From: Mytilus trossulus
Taxonomy: Eukaryota
Assembly (NCBI RefSeq): GCF_036588685.1
Contig: NW_026963294.1
Span: forward strand, 5,022,001-5,086,000
Direction of reading: 5' to 3'
DNA length: 64,000 nucleotides
Part shown: piece after piece, positions 50,058 through 64,000 of the stretch
How the letters are laid out: every line of letters starts with the position of its first letter
Position numbering within the stretch: the first letter of the stretch is position 1
Notes under the pieces: model-generated
What the model was told of the DNA's origin: nothing
The model's database searches: none
The model's input: the letters and a program-made list of their open reading frames with translations, nothing else
Program-made: the position numbers and the translations under genes

Positions 50058-53000
50058 TCAAAGCCAAGCATTTGAAATCCGGAGATGTATAAGTACCGAC
50101 ACCGTTGAAGATAAAAAAAAGATTGTCAAAAATACCAAAAATAAAAGGCAAATTTATCTAAAGCCAACTATTCCTGAGGGAATTGAAACCTTAGTTTCAA
50201 AATAATTTCAAAATGTATAAAAGGACAATTTTAGTTTAATCATGTCAGTACCGAAATACTGACTACTGAGCTTGTCCAAATGATACAGTGCACCTTTTTT
50301 TAATTTCTGGGGTGTTATGCTCAAACACCAAAATAAAAGGTAAGAGACTTACCAATATATAATATTTATATACGAGTATTAATTCTGTTCTTTCGAAATA
50401 CAAAACTTGTACAGGATTGAAAGCTATATTTAATTTAACATGTTTGCGTGGTAAACCATTCCAACATTAACTTGTAAGAATATAAGTCTTTCTTACATTG
50501 TTGAATGGAATTTTCATGGCGAATAACATGTGTGTAGAAGTTGTAAAATGCTGTTTTTGAAAACCGTTAATATTTCGTTATGACGCGAAACCAATGTTTA
50601 AGGTTAGGCAAGGCTAGACGGTTACAAACATGTTTAACCCGAAACATTGTCTATACACTCTTCCAAATAAGGCAAATGTAGTTCAGTTGTACACTATTTT
50701 ATTGGCGTGTTAATAGCTCATTGTATTGTTTTAGTGTTACTTATTGCGTACGGAAACACTGTAACATTTTTGTAGTTGTCTCGTTTATATATTTTCTAAT
50801 AAAATATTTCAGCGGACCAGATGAAAATGAAATTGAGAATAGATGCTGGGAATGTGTCCTAGAGACGACAATCCGATAAAAGAGAAATCAGCTGAAGGCC
50901 AACTATGCCACTTAATAGTTCGTATTTTTAAATTGTGCAAACACCTACAATTAAACGTGGGTAGACTTATTATACCATCTGTATTCAGACGCATTTTAAT
51001 ATTATCATGACACATGTGTATTCTCAATCAACCGTAAAATGTAGTGTAAAATTATAGCTTATGATGGTGTAAGCAAAAGCCCCGGAGTTGGTCTTTGAAC
51101 TATCCAACTTATACCATAATATCCCTCCCGACTTGTGAATCACTTTATTGGTTCTTTCTTCTGGTATATCATATGCAAATAAGCTTTCGGCCAGAAGATC
51201 TAGAAAAGAAGAAATTATAACCATTATATTTAGAATTAAAACGACAGTTAATAAACTCATCATATATAATAGGACATAATTGTGTATTTACGCCAGTGAC
51301 GCTCGAATCCAAAAAAAGATAAATTATCGATGTTAAAATGTCGTAAATAAACCACGAGTATCAGAGTATCACATATTTTACCACTTCAGTCATTATACAA
51401 TTGTTATGGCGACCTGAAATTAATTTAACAAAAATTATCACGACTACCGATAATATCACAGTCTTCAGGCCAAATATACAATATATATTTCGAATTATGC
51501 TTATCAATTTTTATAGGATTACATGTTCGTTGATATGTCTATACGCATTTCAGTAAGACTAACTAACATTTGTAGTATACATGTTCCAATCGTGTACCAT
51601 TTAGCGAAAGTGATATACATACAAATAAATGTACTAAGCACAGTATTGAAAAGTGCTGCATTCATATGATATTGTTTTTTGTCCTAGGTCATTTTTTATG
51701 ATTTATCAAATATATTAAACACAATATTTAATTTATTTATTGTTTATAAAACGGGAGAGCTGTAGAATTTAACACAAAAAGGTCATGTTTGGTACAATTA
51801 AACTTCAGCCAAAGACCTTATACACACAGATAATACCCAACCTTCCCTCTAAATTTATAACTCAACTACATCTACTTCCCGCGACGATTTGTTTTCTCTC
51901 AAGTAATAATGATTGATAAAGAGATAGTGTACTAAATACAATGGTGTGATGTCAAAGAGTACCAAAATAAACTGAATTTCAGCTGTTTACCTTGTTTACA
52001 CTTAATATACATGTTATGATATCAACTTACGTTGCAATGTTTTGCAAAATTGTATTAATGTTACGATGGATTGGTATCGGTATCCACACACACTAATTTG
52101 TTAAAATAGTACATCATCCAAAAATATGGAAACAAGCATTTATAACGAAATAAATTAACATTACATGCATAGCGTTATTCAAAACATTTCAAACATATTT
52201 TTTTTAACAAAAGTACCATTCAAGCATTTTGATTTCAAATAAAATGTACAGATGTGAATTTTTTTCGAATGTATCATTTTAATAAAGAATAACAAACTAT
52301 CGGAATGATTACCCTACTTTACAAATATATGCACTAACAATATCGTACACAAAAAGATTATTGTAAAAAAATGTTGTTTATTTTAGAAAACATCTACCTA
52401 CCGTATGTTTACCTGTCAATTAACTATCTGATACAATAAACTAAGCAAAACGTTATGCATACCTTTTGATCACAGATTTCAGTTTTGTTTCACAATTACA
52501 TTATACTGTATCGCTTTAGTTCAACCTTAAAACATGAATAAAGTTTATATATGTTATGATAGGCACACGTGCTGATCTCATATATGGCATGTCTATTGCA
52601 AAATGTTATGTGTGGATGCTTTTTATTTGATGACTAAAAACATATGAGTTACAGCATTTGTCAAAGTATTTGCCAGAACATGATAATGCAAATGAGTGAT
52701 ATTTATTCAGATTGATAATACGTGTAAAATATCGATTCTTTAAAGTCTTTAAAAAACACATTAGTTTGTTAATAGATGTTTTGAATCCACTATTTGACAG
52801 TATTTCATATTGATAGCAAATCTTGTCAATAATATTGTACAAATCAATGTATTTGCTTATTCGGTCGATTTTTCTAATAATAGGACTGCAATAAAATGTA
52901 AAATTAATTTGAAACAGAAGAGAGATACGGATTTCAAAATGTTTCGTTATTCTTAGACTTAACGATTGTGCAATAGCCCTCATTTTGAAACAACTAGAAA

Positions 53001-54004
53001 CAAAGCATAAATATTAAAGACAATAAACTTATAGCATTCAAGAATAGTCAACAAACGACAAAAAAAAAATACTGCTGCAAGTGTCAACAATTTCAGTTAC
53101 CTTTTTATATCAACCAAACCTATGAGACACCTAAAAAAAAACAGTTGTTGCACTTACATAACAAACTGCCAAATTCCATATTGTCTCTTATATCATGATA
53201 ATTACTGTATCAGACAAAACAGAAAATGTAACAGCAACAAATATCAGTAATAAAAAAAAATGCTTCAACATATTTTCAAAATTACTCATTGACATTGTTT
53301 AACTGTTCAAAACAAAATGTCCCTACAGGTAGATAAACAAATACCATGTTTTCAATGTTAACCAATCTCATGAAATAATATACATTGATGATTAATAAAG
53401 ATGAGTGTTTCCTTCACTCTTCAGAATTTGGGAAAGGTACATGTCTTACTTTTCCACGTTCTACATGTGCTGGTTCCAAGTCTCTCTGAAACCTGTCATA
53501 TCATAGTTTGTTTTCGTTTATTATTTTGTATGATAATCACGCCGTTAGTTTAATATGTTTTACGTTTGCCATTTCGGGCTTTTTATAGCTTATTGTGTGG
53601 TATTGTTTTTGCACATTATCAAAAGCCGTTCGGCTAACCTATTGTGTTTAACTTCTTAGTTATTTTGTCTACTGCTGAGAGACTTTTGTCATTGAAAACC
53701 GTTCGACATCTTATTTTTATATGGTAAATTACTGAGAGTATCGAATAAATGACTTCTCTGTCTATAAATTCATGTCGTCTAACAATCTAATCTAAGTGGC
53801 TGTAATGAAAAGCGTATGCCATACAGAAACGCACAATAATATAAGAAAGCTAAACATTGTGTATGCCCAAAATGTATGTGATGACATCTTAGACATGTTT
53901 GCAACATAAAAGACCTAAACAGATCACTTAAGTTTGTTTTTGTTTTTTTTAAATCCGAACACCAGAATTGATGTTAAAACCAATTGTAAAGATTGAAAAA
54001 AAAC

Positions 54005-54190
54005 AGGGGTCTGTTGTTCAACTTGTGATTAAATTAATCATATGATTAATTTTAATCAGTCGTTAAAAGTTAATCGGATGATTAGTAAATGCAATGATTA
54101 AATTTCGTTGTTCAACTTATTTTAATCATTGTATTTACTAATCATGCGATTAATTTTTAATCATATGATTAAGTTTGGGTAGTTAGCAAG
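54005..54190. mobile_element. End of a Harbinger-like element with TGATTA/TAATCA subterminal repeats
   Basis: ggggtctgttgttcaa start followed by repeated palindromic motifs. No partner end was found. Confidence 0.4.
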
Positions 54191-55159
54191 TGTTTCCCAC
54201 AATGCATTGAAAATCAGGGCCTCTATAACTTCCCTGTTTGCATTAAATCATAACATTCTTCTTTTTAAAAATTAATCAAAATTTGCATTTCACTTGAAAT
54301 ATCATGCAACATTTGGTTGTTCTATAAACTCAGAAAGATCCAGAAATAATGTCAGTGATCTGAATTGTCTCCTGTCAAGAATGCATCCGATTCATGGCCG
54401 TGATTTTCATGATTTTACCCCGGTTTTCCACATATCCAGATCATAATGATTTCTTTAAAAATCCTGTCAGTTATGTTGTTGATTTAGTACAACCTTCTTC
54501 ACATGCTAAATGACGAAATAACATCTCCATTGACGCGTTGATGTAGAGTGCTTTCTTTCACGTCCGCGCTTCATCAAGTATGGCAAGCCAAGTTAACATT
54601 TAAGATATTTTTTACGGATGGTGTAGATCGCACTATATTTAACAGAACTGAGATCGATTGTAGTTCCTACGGCACAAAGAGATACAAAGGGACAATTACA
54701 AATATTCAAATGTGTAAGCAGAGGCGGATTTAGGAGGGGGGCAGGGGGCACGGGGCCCCCCTTTTTTTGAAAAAAATATGGTTGCTTATATATTCTTTAA
54801 AACCTTTCAGAAGTTATAAACACCTCTCCCATATATTTATTCAACGTGTTTCAGCAGAAAAATACGAAAATACAAAGCAAATAATTAATATCAAACACAT
54901 TATCATGAGATCACACAATGTTATTACATCGTTTGTTTGTCTCAGACTGATTGATATAAGTAATTGAGAATGGAAATTGGGAACATGTCGAAGAGCCAAC
55001 AAGAGACCAAATAACATATAACAGCCGAATGCCACCAATACCGGGTCTTCAACGCAGCGAGAAAATCCAGCACCCGGATGCGGGGTTCAGCTGACCCCTA
55101 AAAAAAATTGTGTACTAGTCCAGTGAAAATGGACGTCTAACTTAACTCCAAAATCTAAA

Positions 55160-55182
55160 AATTAATCTAGACAAAGTGATGC

Positions 55183-55213
<31 letters not shown>

Positions 55214-55840
55214 ACTCCATACTGAGATAACTGTATTATAAGAAAGTAAATATGAGACTTTATTTGAGATATTGTTGTGCACCGCAGATGTAAATTTAAT
55301 TTTAAACCAAAACACCTTAAAAATGTCCTTATAATCTAAAAGGTTTCATGAAATTCTGTTGTTGGTGACAAACTGTTGCAGTAGTACAATGAGGCAAATA
55401 AGTTTAAAGGGTCGTAACTCCTAGAAAATAACCTGAATCATAATTTCCTGTCGATGTGCACATCTACATAGCATGTCCTTATTATCTACTATTCCACATG
55501 CACATCTTCAGTATATATGTTTAAATAGTCATAAAACTAAAAAACTTCCTAGCATGCAAACTGTGGGAGGAGTTATCCATCCGCAAATGAAATGCATTTT
55601 TTATTTAAGCATATACTCCAAAATGACAAGTTCAACTATCTCCCAAAAGAGCAAATATTAATAAAAATCACAACCCTGACCACATGCTCACCTTGGACAT
55701 ATGTACAAATAGACAGCCAAGTTAAATCTTCCTAGAATTAAAACTGTATGAGGAGTTATGTGAAATAACTATATACCATAATGGGATGGAAAGACGGACG
55801 GATGGAAAGATGAACGGACAGAGGACCCCCACCCCCATAT
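55160..55840 (-). mobile_element. Degenerate HINE-like element
   Basis: Tandem core units (aaactgt..gaggagttat) and a (GACG/GATG)n tract near 55790. Confidence 0.45.
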
Positions 55841-58800
55841 AAAACATTCAATATTAACAAAGGTCAGATGCTCCTGACTTGAGACAGGCGCACAAATGCG
55901 TTGGGGTAAAATAAGTTTTGAGAGATCTCAACCCTCCACCTTTACCTCTAGCCAATGTAGAATAAAGAACAACATAAATTACGAATAGTAAAACTCTGCT
56001 TAAAAGAAGTCTGAGTCCGAAGTCAGATAAGGTAACAAATAAAACTAAACAAAATGACAATGGTATGCCAGGGGCACCCTCTCCGTGTTCAAAATATACA
56101 TGAAATATTAGTCACTGTACCTTGTCTCTTCTAGGAATTCTAACCATGAGTTTTTTTTATCCGCTACATGTCACGAAATCTTTGTTCAAATCGCCGATGA
56201 ACCTCTATTGCACCCATTAGGAGATACATATTTGATTCCATTAAATGAAATTAATTTATGACCTACATGTACGTGTTGCTAAGAACACAATCATACTATA
56301 ACAAATGGTCAATATATAAAATTCTCCATGTAATTTTCTCTATTGGATTTTTGCATACCTTTTATTGTTAATATCCAGACTTAACTAATCGATCAGATCG
56401 GTAATCGAACTTATCGATCATATTCGATCAGTACGCGATTGATGTCTTGAAGTCATCGATCAGTAATCGATCAAACTCTCTCGGGAAATATTGACGCAAT
56501 TTATATTTTATCACATAGGCGGATCCAGGGGGGCTGGGGGCAGGGTTGGCAAAGTATTACCCGCCCGGGAATTCCCGGGTGGGAAAACCCGGGATTTCCC
56601 GGGCTGGGCAATACTCCCAAAAATAGGTAATAGTGGGCAATACTGATCAATATAATTTCCTATGCTTATTTTAACACTAAATAGTAAAGACTTAGTACAG
56701 TTTCATAGTATAACAGCTAAATATATACTTTTTATACAGATAACCATTGACAGTCATTTCTAGAAGATTGAAATATCAATTTCATTCTCTTTTCTACTAA
56801 TTCTATATGTAGGCAGAACAGAAGTTTGTACATTTAAAGATACCTTTTTAATTACCAAACATTATTTTAATAATCCAAACTTTGAAACATGCATTTTATT
56901 GCAGTGTTTAAGTGACTTGTTAATTTTATTTGTTATACATTCATATTGCTAAATAAACACCCTAAGGGGTCATGCCAATAAAACTTATAGAATTATAAGG
57001 GCTGATTATTGTTACATAAACAAATCTGTGTTCTAATCTGAATAATTACTAATTAATTAGTGACATTATTTAAATGTAATTTTTCTTACAATTAAGTAAT
57101 TGTTAATTCTTATATTAGGAGTTATATTTATTTGAAAGAAAAAAATGTTTTGCTTTATATTTACAGTTTGCAAATCTAGACAAATGCTAAACAAACAAAA
57201 TAGGGTATAAATATCTTATTAAATGTATTACATTCATGTTTATCACTGAATCCTCTTTAAAACTTTTGTCGGAACAACACTATAGGTTATATGTATTATG
57301 GACTACAAATCAGGCGGAATTCAAAACATTTCAGTCTAACATTTCCGCGTGACATGACTTGAATGCAACGATTATTTAGATAAACGTTTGTTTGAAGTGT
57401 AATTGTGTAGTCCAGTCTTTCTTTATAAAAGAGGAACGAAAGATACCAGAGGGACAGTCAATGCATTACAATACAATACATTATAAAAGTTTCAAGGTTT
57501 TGCTATGAAACATGGGCCTTGATATCATATATTCATAATTCGGAGCTGACTTGATATGCCATAATTCGTGTGTTTTCTAATATTTCTTTCTTCTTCAGGA
57601 ACGTTAATTTCCTGGACGGAGTAAACACACAAATTTGCAGTTATAAGAGAAATTGATAACAAAAATGGTAAACATGTTTATAAAAATCATAAAAATACAG
57701 TACTTCCAAATACCTTTTAATGATACAACTTACCCGTACGTCTATGATATATTTATATGTTATGTTGCTGATTATATAATCTATTCATATCTTTCCAAAG
57801 ACTATCTAGTACCTACCTATATGAACTGTGCATCACACTCAGATAATATGTATTAAATAACAGTGTATATAAAGCTTTCAGAGTTGATTTTTATACAAAT
57901 AATTCGCATGTTATACGACTAACAATACAGTTAATTTCCTTAGATTAAAAAAAAAATATTTTTTTTACAAACAACGAAATGCAATGAATTAGTTGAATGG
58001 GAGTGCTCATGATAATGCTATCCAATTAAAAAGAGTTGTCTCAGTTGATAGTGGTACCTTATTGTTGAATTTTTACATAAGGAGTTCAAGCAAATTTCCT
58101 GAAATTATCAAAATGTAAATAGACTATCGAGATTGAAGGAATTAAAATAGGTGGATACAAAAACAACAAATATTTTGTATTAATATTATTCCAATTTGTC
58201 AGTGAAAACAAAACAAATCTAATAGAATTCAAATAGTGTCATTTCAACTTATATGACAAACACATTGCAGAAGCGATGTGCACGAAAAGTATTTAAACTA
58301 ACATTATGATAACATTATAAATGTAACTTTGGTTAATCAGAATAACAAGAAAAGTCTATAGTAAGTAAAAAGCTGATTATCACAAAATAGGAAGCAACTA
58401 GAAAATCGAAATAAACGAAATAGACATATGTAGAACTATAATCATGATAATAAATCATTACATGTAATAAAACATATGAAAACTAAATGCAAGGTTGTAT
58501 ACCATAATAACAAAATAGCTGTAAAATTAATGTTAAGTACTGGAGATTTAGTTATGACATTTCAAACTGAATGTACACGAATTTGTTTTTTAAAATAGCT
58601 TTCTATTTATTATGTGTGATATTGTGCTGCTTTCATAGACGTTTATTCCATTTAATTAAAACATTATTGTTATTTTTTCCAAACTAAGTAGCAATAAACC
58701 AACTTCACCTGCATATGAGATATACATTTCCTATTTCATTCGGTATTTTAGAGCTTGCAGATGCTACTTAGACTTTGTAAAACGTTACCTGTGTCTGAGC

Positions 58801-58850
58801 AGAAAGTTAATGAACCAAGTATATGCCAAAGAACGTCTCGTCCTTTTTTT

Positions 58851-59877
58851 GAGCTCACCTGGCCAAAAGGACCAAGTGAGCTTTTCTCATCACTTGGCGT
58901 CCGTCGTCCGTCGCCCGTCGTCCATCGCCGTTAACTTTTACAAAAATCTTCTGTCCTTAAATTGGTAATTTTAAGGAAATTTTACTGTTTTTGGTTATTA
59001 TCTTGAATACTTTTATAGATAGAGATAAACTGTAACATGTGTAAACAGCAATAATGTTCAGCAAAGTAAGATTTACAAATAAGTCAACATGAATGAAATA
59101 GTCAGTTGACCCCTTTAGGAGTTATTGTCCTTTATAGTCAATGTTTAACCATTTTTCGTAAATCATAGTAATCTTTTACAAAAATCTTCTCCTCTTAAAC
59201 TACTTGGCCAAATTATTCCAAACTTGGCAACAATCTTCTTTGGGGTATCTAGTTTAAATAATGTGTCCGGTGACCCGGCCATCCAACCAAGATGGCCGCC
59301 ACTTTCAGAAATAGAACATAGGGTTAAAATGCCGTTTTTGGCTTATAACTCAAAAACCAAAGCATTTAGAGCAAATCTGACATGGGGTTAAAATTGTTAA
59401 TCAGGTCAAGATCTATCTGCCCTAAAATTTTCAGATGAATCGGACAACCCGTTGTTGGGTTGCTGCCCCTGAATTGGTAATTTTATGGAAATTTTGCTGC
59501 TTTTGGTTATTATCTTGAATATTATTATGGATAGAGATAAACTGTTAACAGCAATAATGTTCAGCAAAGTAAGATTTACAAATAAGTCAAATGACCGCAA
59601 TGGTCAGTTGACCCCCTAAGGAGTTATTGTCCTTTATAGTCAATTTTTAACAATTTTCATAACATTTGTAAATTTTTACTAACATTTTCCACTGAAACTA
59701 CTGGGCCAAGTTCATTATAGATAGAGATAATTGTAAGCAGCAAGAATGTTCAGTAAAGTAAGATGTACAAACACATCACCATCACCAAAACACAATTTTT
59801 TCATGAATCCATCTGCTTCCTTTGTTAAATATTCACATAGACTAAGGTGAGCGACACAGGCTCTTTAGAGCCTCTAG
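58851..59877 (+). mobile_element. Complete Helentron-type non-autonomous element (HINE) inserted into a T-run of a Penelope fragment (58680-60600)
   Basis: SubTIRs gctcacct/aggtgagc, (CGTC)n tract, tandem core and 3' hairpin aggctctttagagcct then ctagTTTT. The uninterrupted paralog gaacgtctcgtcctttttttttt is at 45297. Confidence 0.85.
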
Positions 59878-61914
59878 TTTTTAAATAATTTATCAGAAGA
59901 TAACAAAACCTTGTTGATAAGATTCTTGGTATTGGCGTTGTGTATCATCTTAATAATATGTTATAGTATTCTTTTATTTGTCTTTGTAATTTACATGATG
60001 TATTGCTGTTACTGTTAAGCCTATTTTTGACAGCATCCAATTGACGTAGATCGGTACTTGTACATCCCGTCGTTGTGTTGTTGTGTTCTTGTAATTTTTA
60101 GTATTATTATGTTTCCTTTTTGCTAAATAAATGTGTTCTGTCTTAATGCTTTTTTGTTTGTCTTTATTGACATATTTCCTTGATTTTGTAGTGATTCATT
60201 TGACGTTGCTCGATTCTTGTTCTTCCAGTCATTGTGATGTTGTTTTATGGTAAATTTTTGTATTGTTTTATTTCGTGATTGCTAATGTGCTTTGTCTGTA
60301 TGCTTGTACCCCTATTTTTGTCATTTTTACCTATAATGTCTGTTTGTTTTGTTCACATATTTTTGTCACTATAATGGAATTTTATGCAACTGTCATACAA
60401 GTGAGAGGTTTATCTAGCTACAAAACAAGGTTAACTTCACCATTTTTTTATTTTACATAAAAAAATGCCTGTACCAAGTCAGGAATATGATAGTTTGTTA
60501 TCTATTCGTTTGATGTCTTTGAGCTTTTGATTTTGCCATTTTCTTAGGGACTCTCCGTTTGGAACTTTCCTCTAAGTTCGGTATATTTGTTATTTTACTT
60601 TAACAAAGCCCTGATGAAATTGATTTAAGCATGTATTCAAAGAACTGCGCACTGTCAAAGTTTTACATAACAGAAATATGGAGAAAATCAAATAAGTGGA
60701 TGTGGCAATTTGCCTCAAAACTAAAACTCTAAGACGAGTTTATATTTGACATCCGTCGAACTACACACAGTTTGAGCTAAAAACTTGGTTAACTAGGATA
60801 CACAATCAAATCAACTTGTCTTCAACAATTATTATCATCCTGTACAGCTATTCTGTATTCGAAAATCAGCTTTCGTAGTTCGGATCCATAATAGCAGAAT
60901 CAGTAATATAATGAATAAATCTATAAAATTTTAGCAACTTCCTTTTTTTAGAAGCCTGTTATATCGCAGATTTTCAAACCATAACAAATATTTCTTAAAA
61001 TCTACGATCTTCATTAAATCTGTTTTGATCTTCATTGATACTTTTATGCTTTTGTACTCATCTGGAAGATCTAGTTATATAAGACATTCGTCCCTTCGTG
61101 TACTCTACTTACATAGTAAACGCGTTAGTTTAATTAAGTACTGGTCTATACTACCTATTGGTCTTATTGACTAAGAACATGTTGGCGTAGACTGTCCATT
61201 GTTTTAACTTCTAAGACATCACGGAAAGAAAGAAGTTTTCACCCTTCTACTATAACTATTCATATTATATAAAACGCGAAATAAATGTCATTCATAAAAT
61301 TGAAGAATGTAGAAGATCATGTTATTCAATAATATAACCTTATATAAACTATATCCAAAATCATTCGACCATCAGTATTTTAGTTCAAATCCAGGTGGTT
61401 AAGTTTTAAGAGAGGAAACAAATGCATGTTACAAACTAAAACCCAGAGAAACACATCAAATATATATAAGAGGAAAACAACAGAATAACAGAAACAATAA
61501 AGTTCAACAAAATCAAGCGCCAACATTCATAAACAATTACTATTTGATATTAACTGCCATATTCCTGATTTTGTACAGGACATTTTAAGAAAACAATGGT
61601 GTGTTCAACCTTGTATTATGGCTAGCTAAACTTCTCCATTATATTGCATTGTTAAAAATGTTCAAACAAACGAAAAAACACAAAGCACAGAGAAACTCAT
61701 AAATAAATAATAAAATAGAACATTTCAGCGTGTAAACTACACAATAAAAACGAACATCTTTCTCAAAGGACACAAACAGTGACGTATTTGAGTCCCGCAT
61801 AGATAATCTGGAAATTTTAACCTCCTATTCCCTACATTGTTAAATATTCCACTGTCTTTCATATGGGAAGCTGTCGGTGAACATAGAGACTACATTTTTG
61901 AATGAATCAATCAA

Positions 61915-62412
61915 TCAGTTTAATTGAAGTCTGGAGCTGGCATGTCAGTTAACTGCTAGTAGTCTGTTGTTATTTATGTATTATTGTCATTTTGTTTATT
62001 TTCTTTGGTTACATCTTCTGACATCAGACTCGGACTTCTCTTGAACTGAATTTTTATGTGCATATTGTTATGCGTTTACTTTTCTACATTAGCTAGAGGT
62101 ATAGGGGAGGGTTGAGACCTCATAAACATGTTAACCCCGCCGCATTTTTGTGCCTGTCCCAAGTAAGGAGCCTCTGGCCTTTGGTAGTCTTGTATTATTT
62201 TAATTTTAGTTTCTTGTGTACAATTTGGAAATTTGTATGGCGTTCATTATCACTTAACTAGTATATATTTGTTTAGGTACCAGCTGAAGGACGACTCCGG
62301 GTGCGGGAATTTCTCGCTACATTGAAGACCTGTTGGTGACCTTCTGCTGTTGTTTTGTCTATGATCGGGTTGTTGTCTCTTTGACACATTCCCCATTTCC
62401 ATTATCAATTTT
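61915..62412 (+). repeat. Dispersed repeat family B (gaagtctggagctggcatgtcagttaac...ttgacacattccccatttcc)
   Basis: About 500 bp. Other copies at about 555-825 and 42575-43085 (+), and about 9830-9900, 54960-55160 and 55850-56065 (-). Confidence 0.85.
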
Positions 62413-63395
62413 GTTTACATTAGCATAAGTATACATACATATCAATATCAATATCAAATCTTAAAGTGAAAAAAACATAAAATTGTCACATTATGAGCAA
62501 CTTTCAACAAATCTAACTAGTGTCAACATACCTATATCCATGCAATAAACAGGTGCGACTGTGAAGTTAACGATCGATTGAATTTCAGACAGATCGAATC
62601 TAAACTTCAGTATTCCAAAACTGCGTTCAACTATATACATCCACCTGAATGACACATACAAATTGAACACATTTCAGGTTCAGTGTGTGTTTTAGTATAT
62701 ATATGTTTTTAATTTGTCTAAAACAATTAAGAGAGAGGCAGACAATGTGACAAGAGGATTATGATATAAAAACAAACCATGTGTTACGTTAGATATTGTT
62801 GTACTATTAATCAATAGGTACATATAGAGTGTGCATATTTTGTCGACTGGGATAAAGGATGTACAGTACATTCCGTGACATGGTCTGAAAAATGTCGCAG
62901 GTTTTAAAAAGGCTCAGCATCAGCGACTTAAATGTCGATGATTGATTACCTGTTGTCAATCAAATCATCAGCTGATAATAGGTGCAATAAAATCAGCCAA
63001 GCGTGCATGGTCGGCCGCACATGCTACTTAATATTATGTAATTAGTTATGATAATGTAACAGGTAAAATCGATAATTACATAATAGACATTTAAAAGGCA
63101 TGAACGGTTTTCTGATTGTTTCAGTTCTAATTATTTAATTTACCAATAAAAGAAATATGGTTTTTTTTTCAGGTCTGTCTGAGGAAGAAACATTCTACAC
63201 ATTATTGTTCTCTTATTTATCTTCTCAGTATTTTTTTACGATTCGAATATAAATTAAAATATCTTTTCCTTTCCGTTCTTTTCTCATTACTTCTACATTT
63301 CGTCGCGAGTTATATGTTCTAGTAATTTCGTAGATTAGTTTTCTTTTAAAAAAACATGAGTTTCCTATCTTTATTCATATTTAAAAACGTCGTGT

Positions 63396-63595
63396 GAGGG
63401 AGGGTAAGAAGGGGTCCTGATCCCAAATGCCGGGCTTAAAAAAAACAAAATCCCGAAATCCCGGACTTAAAATCACGAAATCCCGAAGTCCCCTAATTCG
63501 AAAAAGAATTTCCGGAACCCGAAAGTGTTACTCTTGAAATCCCAAGCTTAAAAACACCCGATCCTGGAGTCCCGATAAAGGTCCTATCCCCCCTC
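63396..63595. mobile_element. Short MITE with GAG...CTC (Sola-like) ends and ATCCCGA repeats
   Basis: gagggagggtaag ... cctatcccccctc ends; paralog at 3866-4061. Confidence 0.6.
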
Positions 63596-64000
63596 TTATA
63601 TATTCTCAAAACGTGAAATATTACTGTAACAAGAAATACCCGAATGAAACAGCTGCTGAAACGTCTATTATTGAAAACTAGTTTTTCGTTTGTAAGATAC
63701 GATGGTTATTTTTATTGTAATAAAATGTTTGGATTGGAAGAGAATTTGATCGAAAATTTAATTTTTTTTATAATATGAGGTGATAATTCTTTACATACCG
63801 CGTAATAGCATTGGAGTCCGATCTTCGTAATTGGAAATAAAGGTATTTATTATGGTAGGCCATGTCATACGCATAACTTGTGTTATACGCAACCAATTCA
63901 GTGATATTGAGTGTAGCAACATCTAACTCCATAATTGAAGTACTATTGGAAAACTAAATTTTTCCATGGAAAGCTGAAAAAAATGATCAGATTATTACAT

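Noticed and set aside
52606-52983. 125-aa ORF
   Set aside because: AT-rich composition, no recognisable motif and no splice support.
60830-60920. Signal-peptide-like hydrophobic frame after an acceptor
   Set aside because: All frames stop quickly and there is no convincing donor.

Overview
AT-rich, repeat-dense eukaryotic DNA. The repeat families and gene type suggest a bivalve, probably a Mytilus mussel; this is an inference. One host gene is supportable: a minus-strand, secreted LRP/LDLR-type YWTD beta-propeller gene. Its three phase-compatible exons (34396-34336, 29278-29107, 510-298) continue off the left edge. The rest is mostly nested mobile DNA: a DIRS1-type tyrosine-recombinase retrotransposon lacking its RT core, RNase H and methyltransferase region; TAYGG...CCRTA (IS3EU-like) elements filled with palindromic tandem arrays; a MULE relic; Kolobok-like TTAA elements; a Helitron and Helentron-type HINEs; Penelope-like RT fragments; and LINE 3' ends. 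The most striking signal is a retrozyme-like unit at 26732-27172. It has two intact minimal type I hammerhead ribozymes exactly 351 nt apart, in sense orientation within the host intron. Five more hammerhead loci (one near-intact, three mutated, one cleanly deleted) lie elsewhere in the window. Most short ORFs in the track are spurious. Family assignments come from recalled motifs, not database searches.
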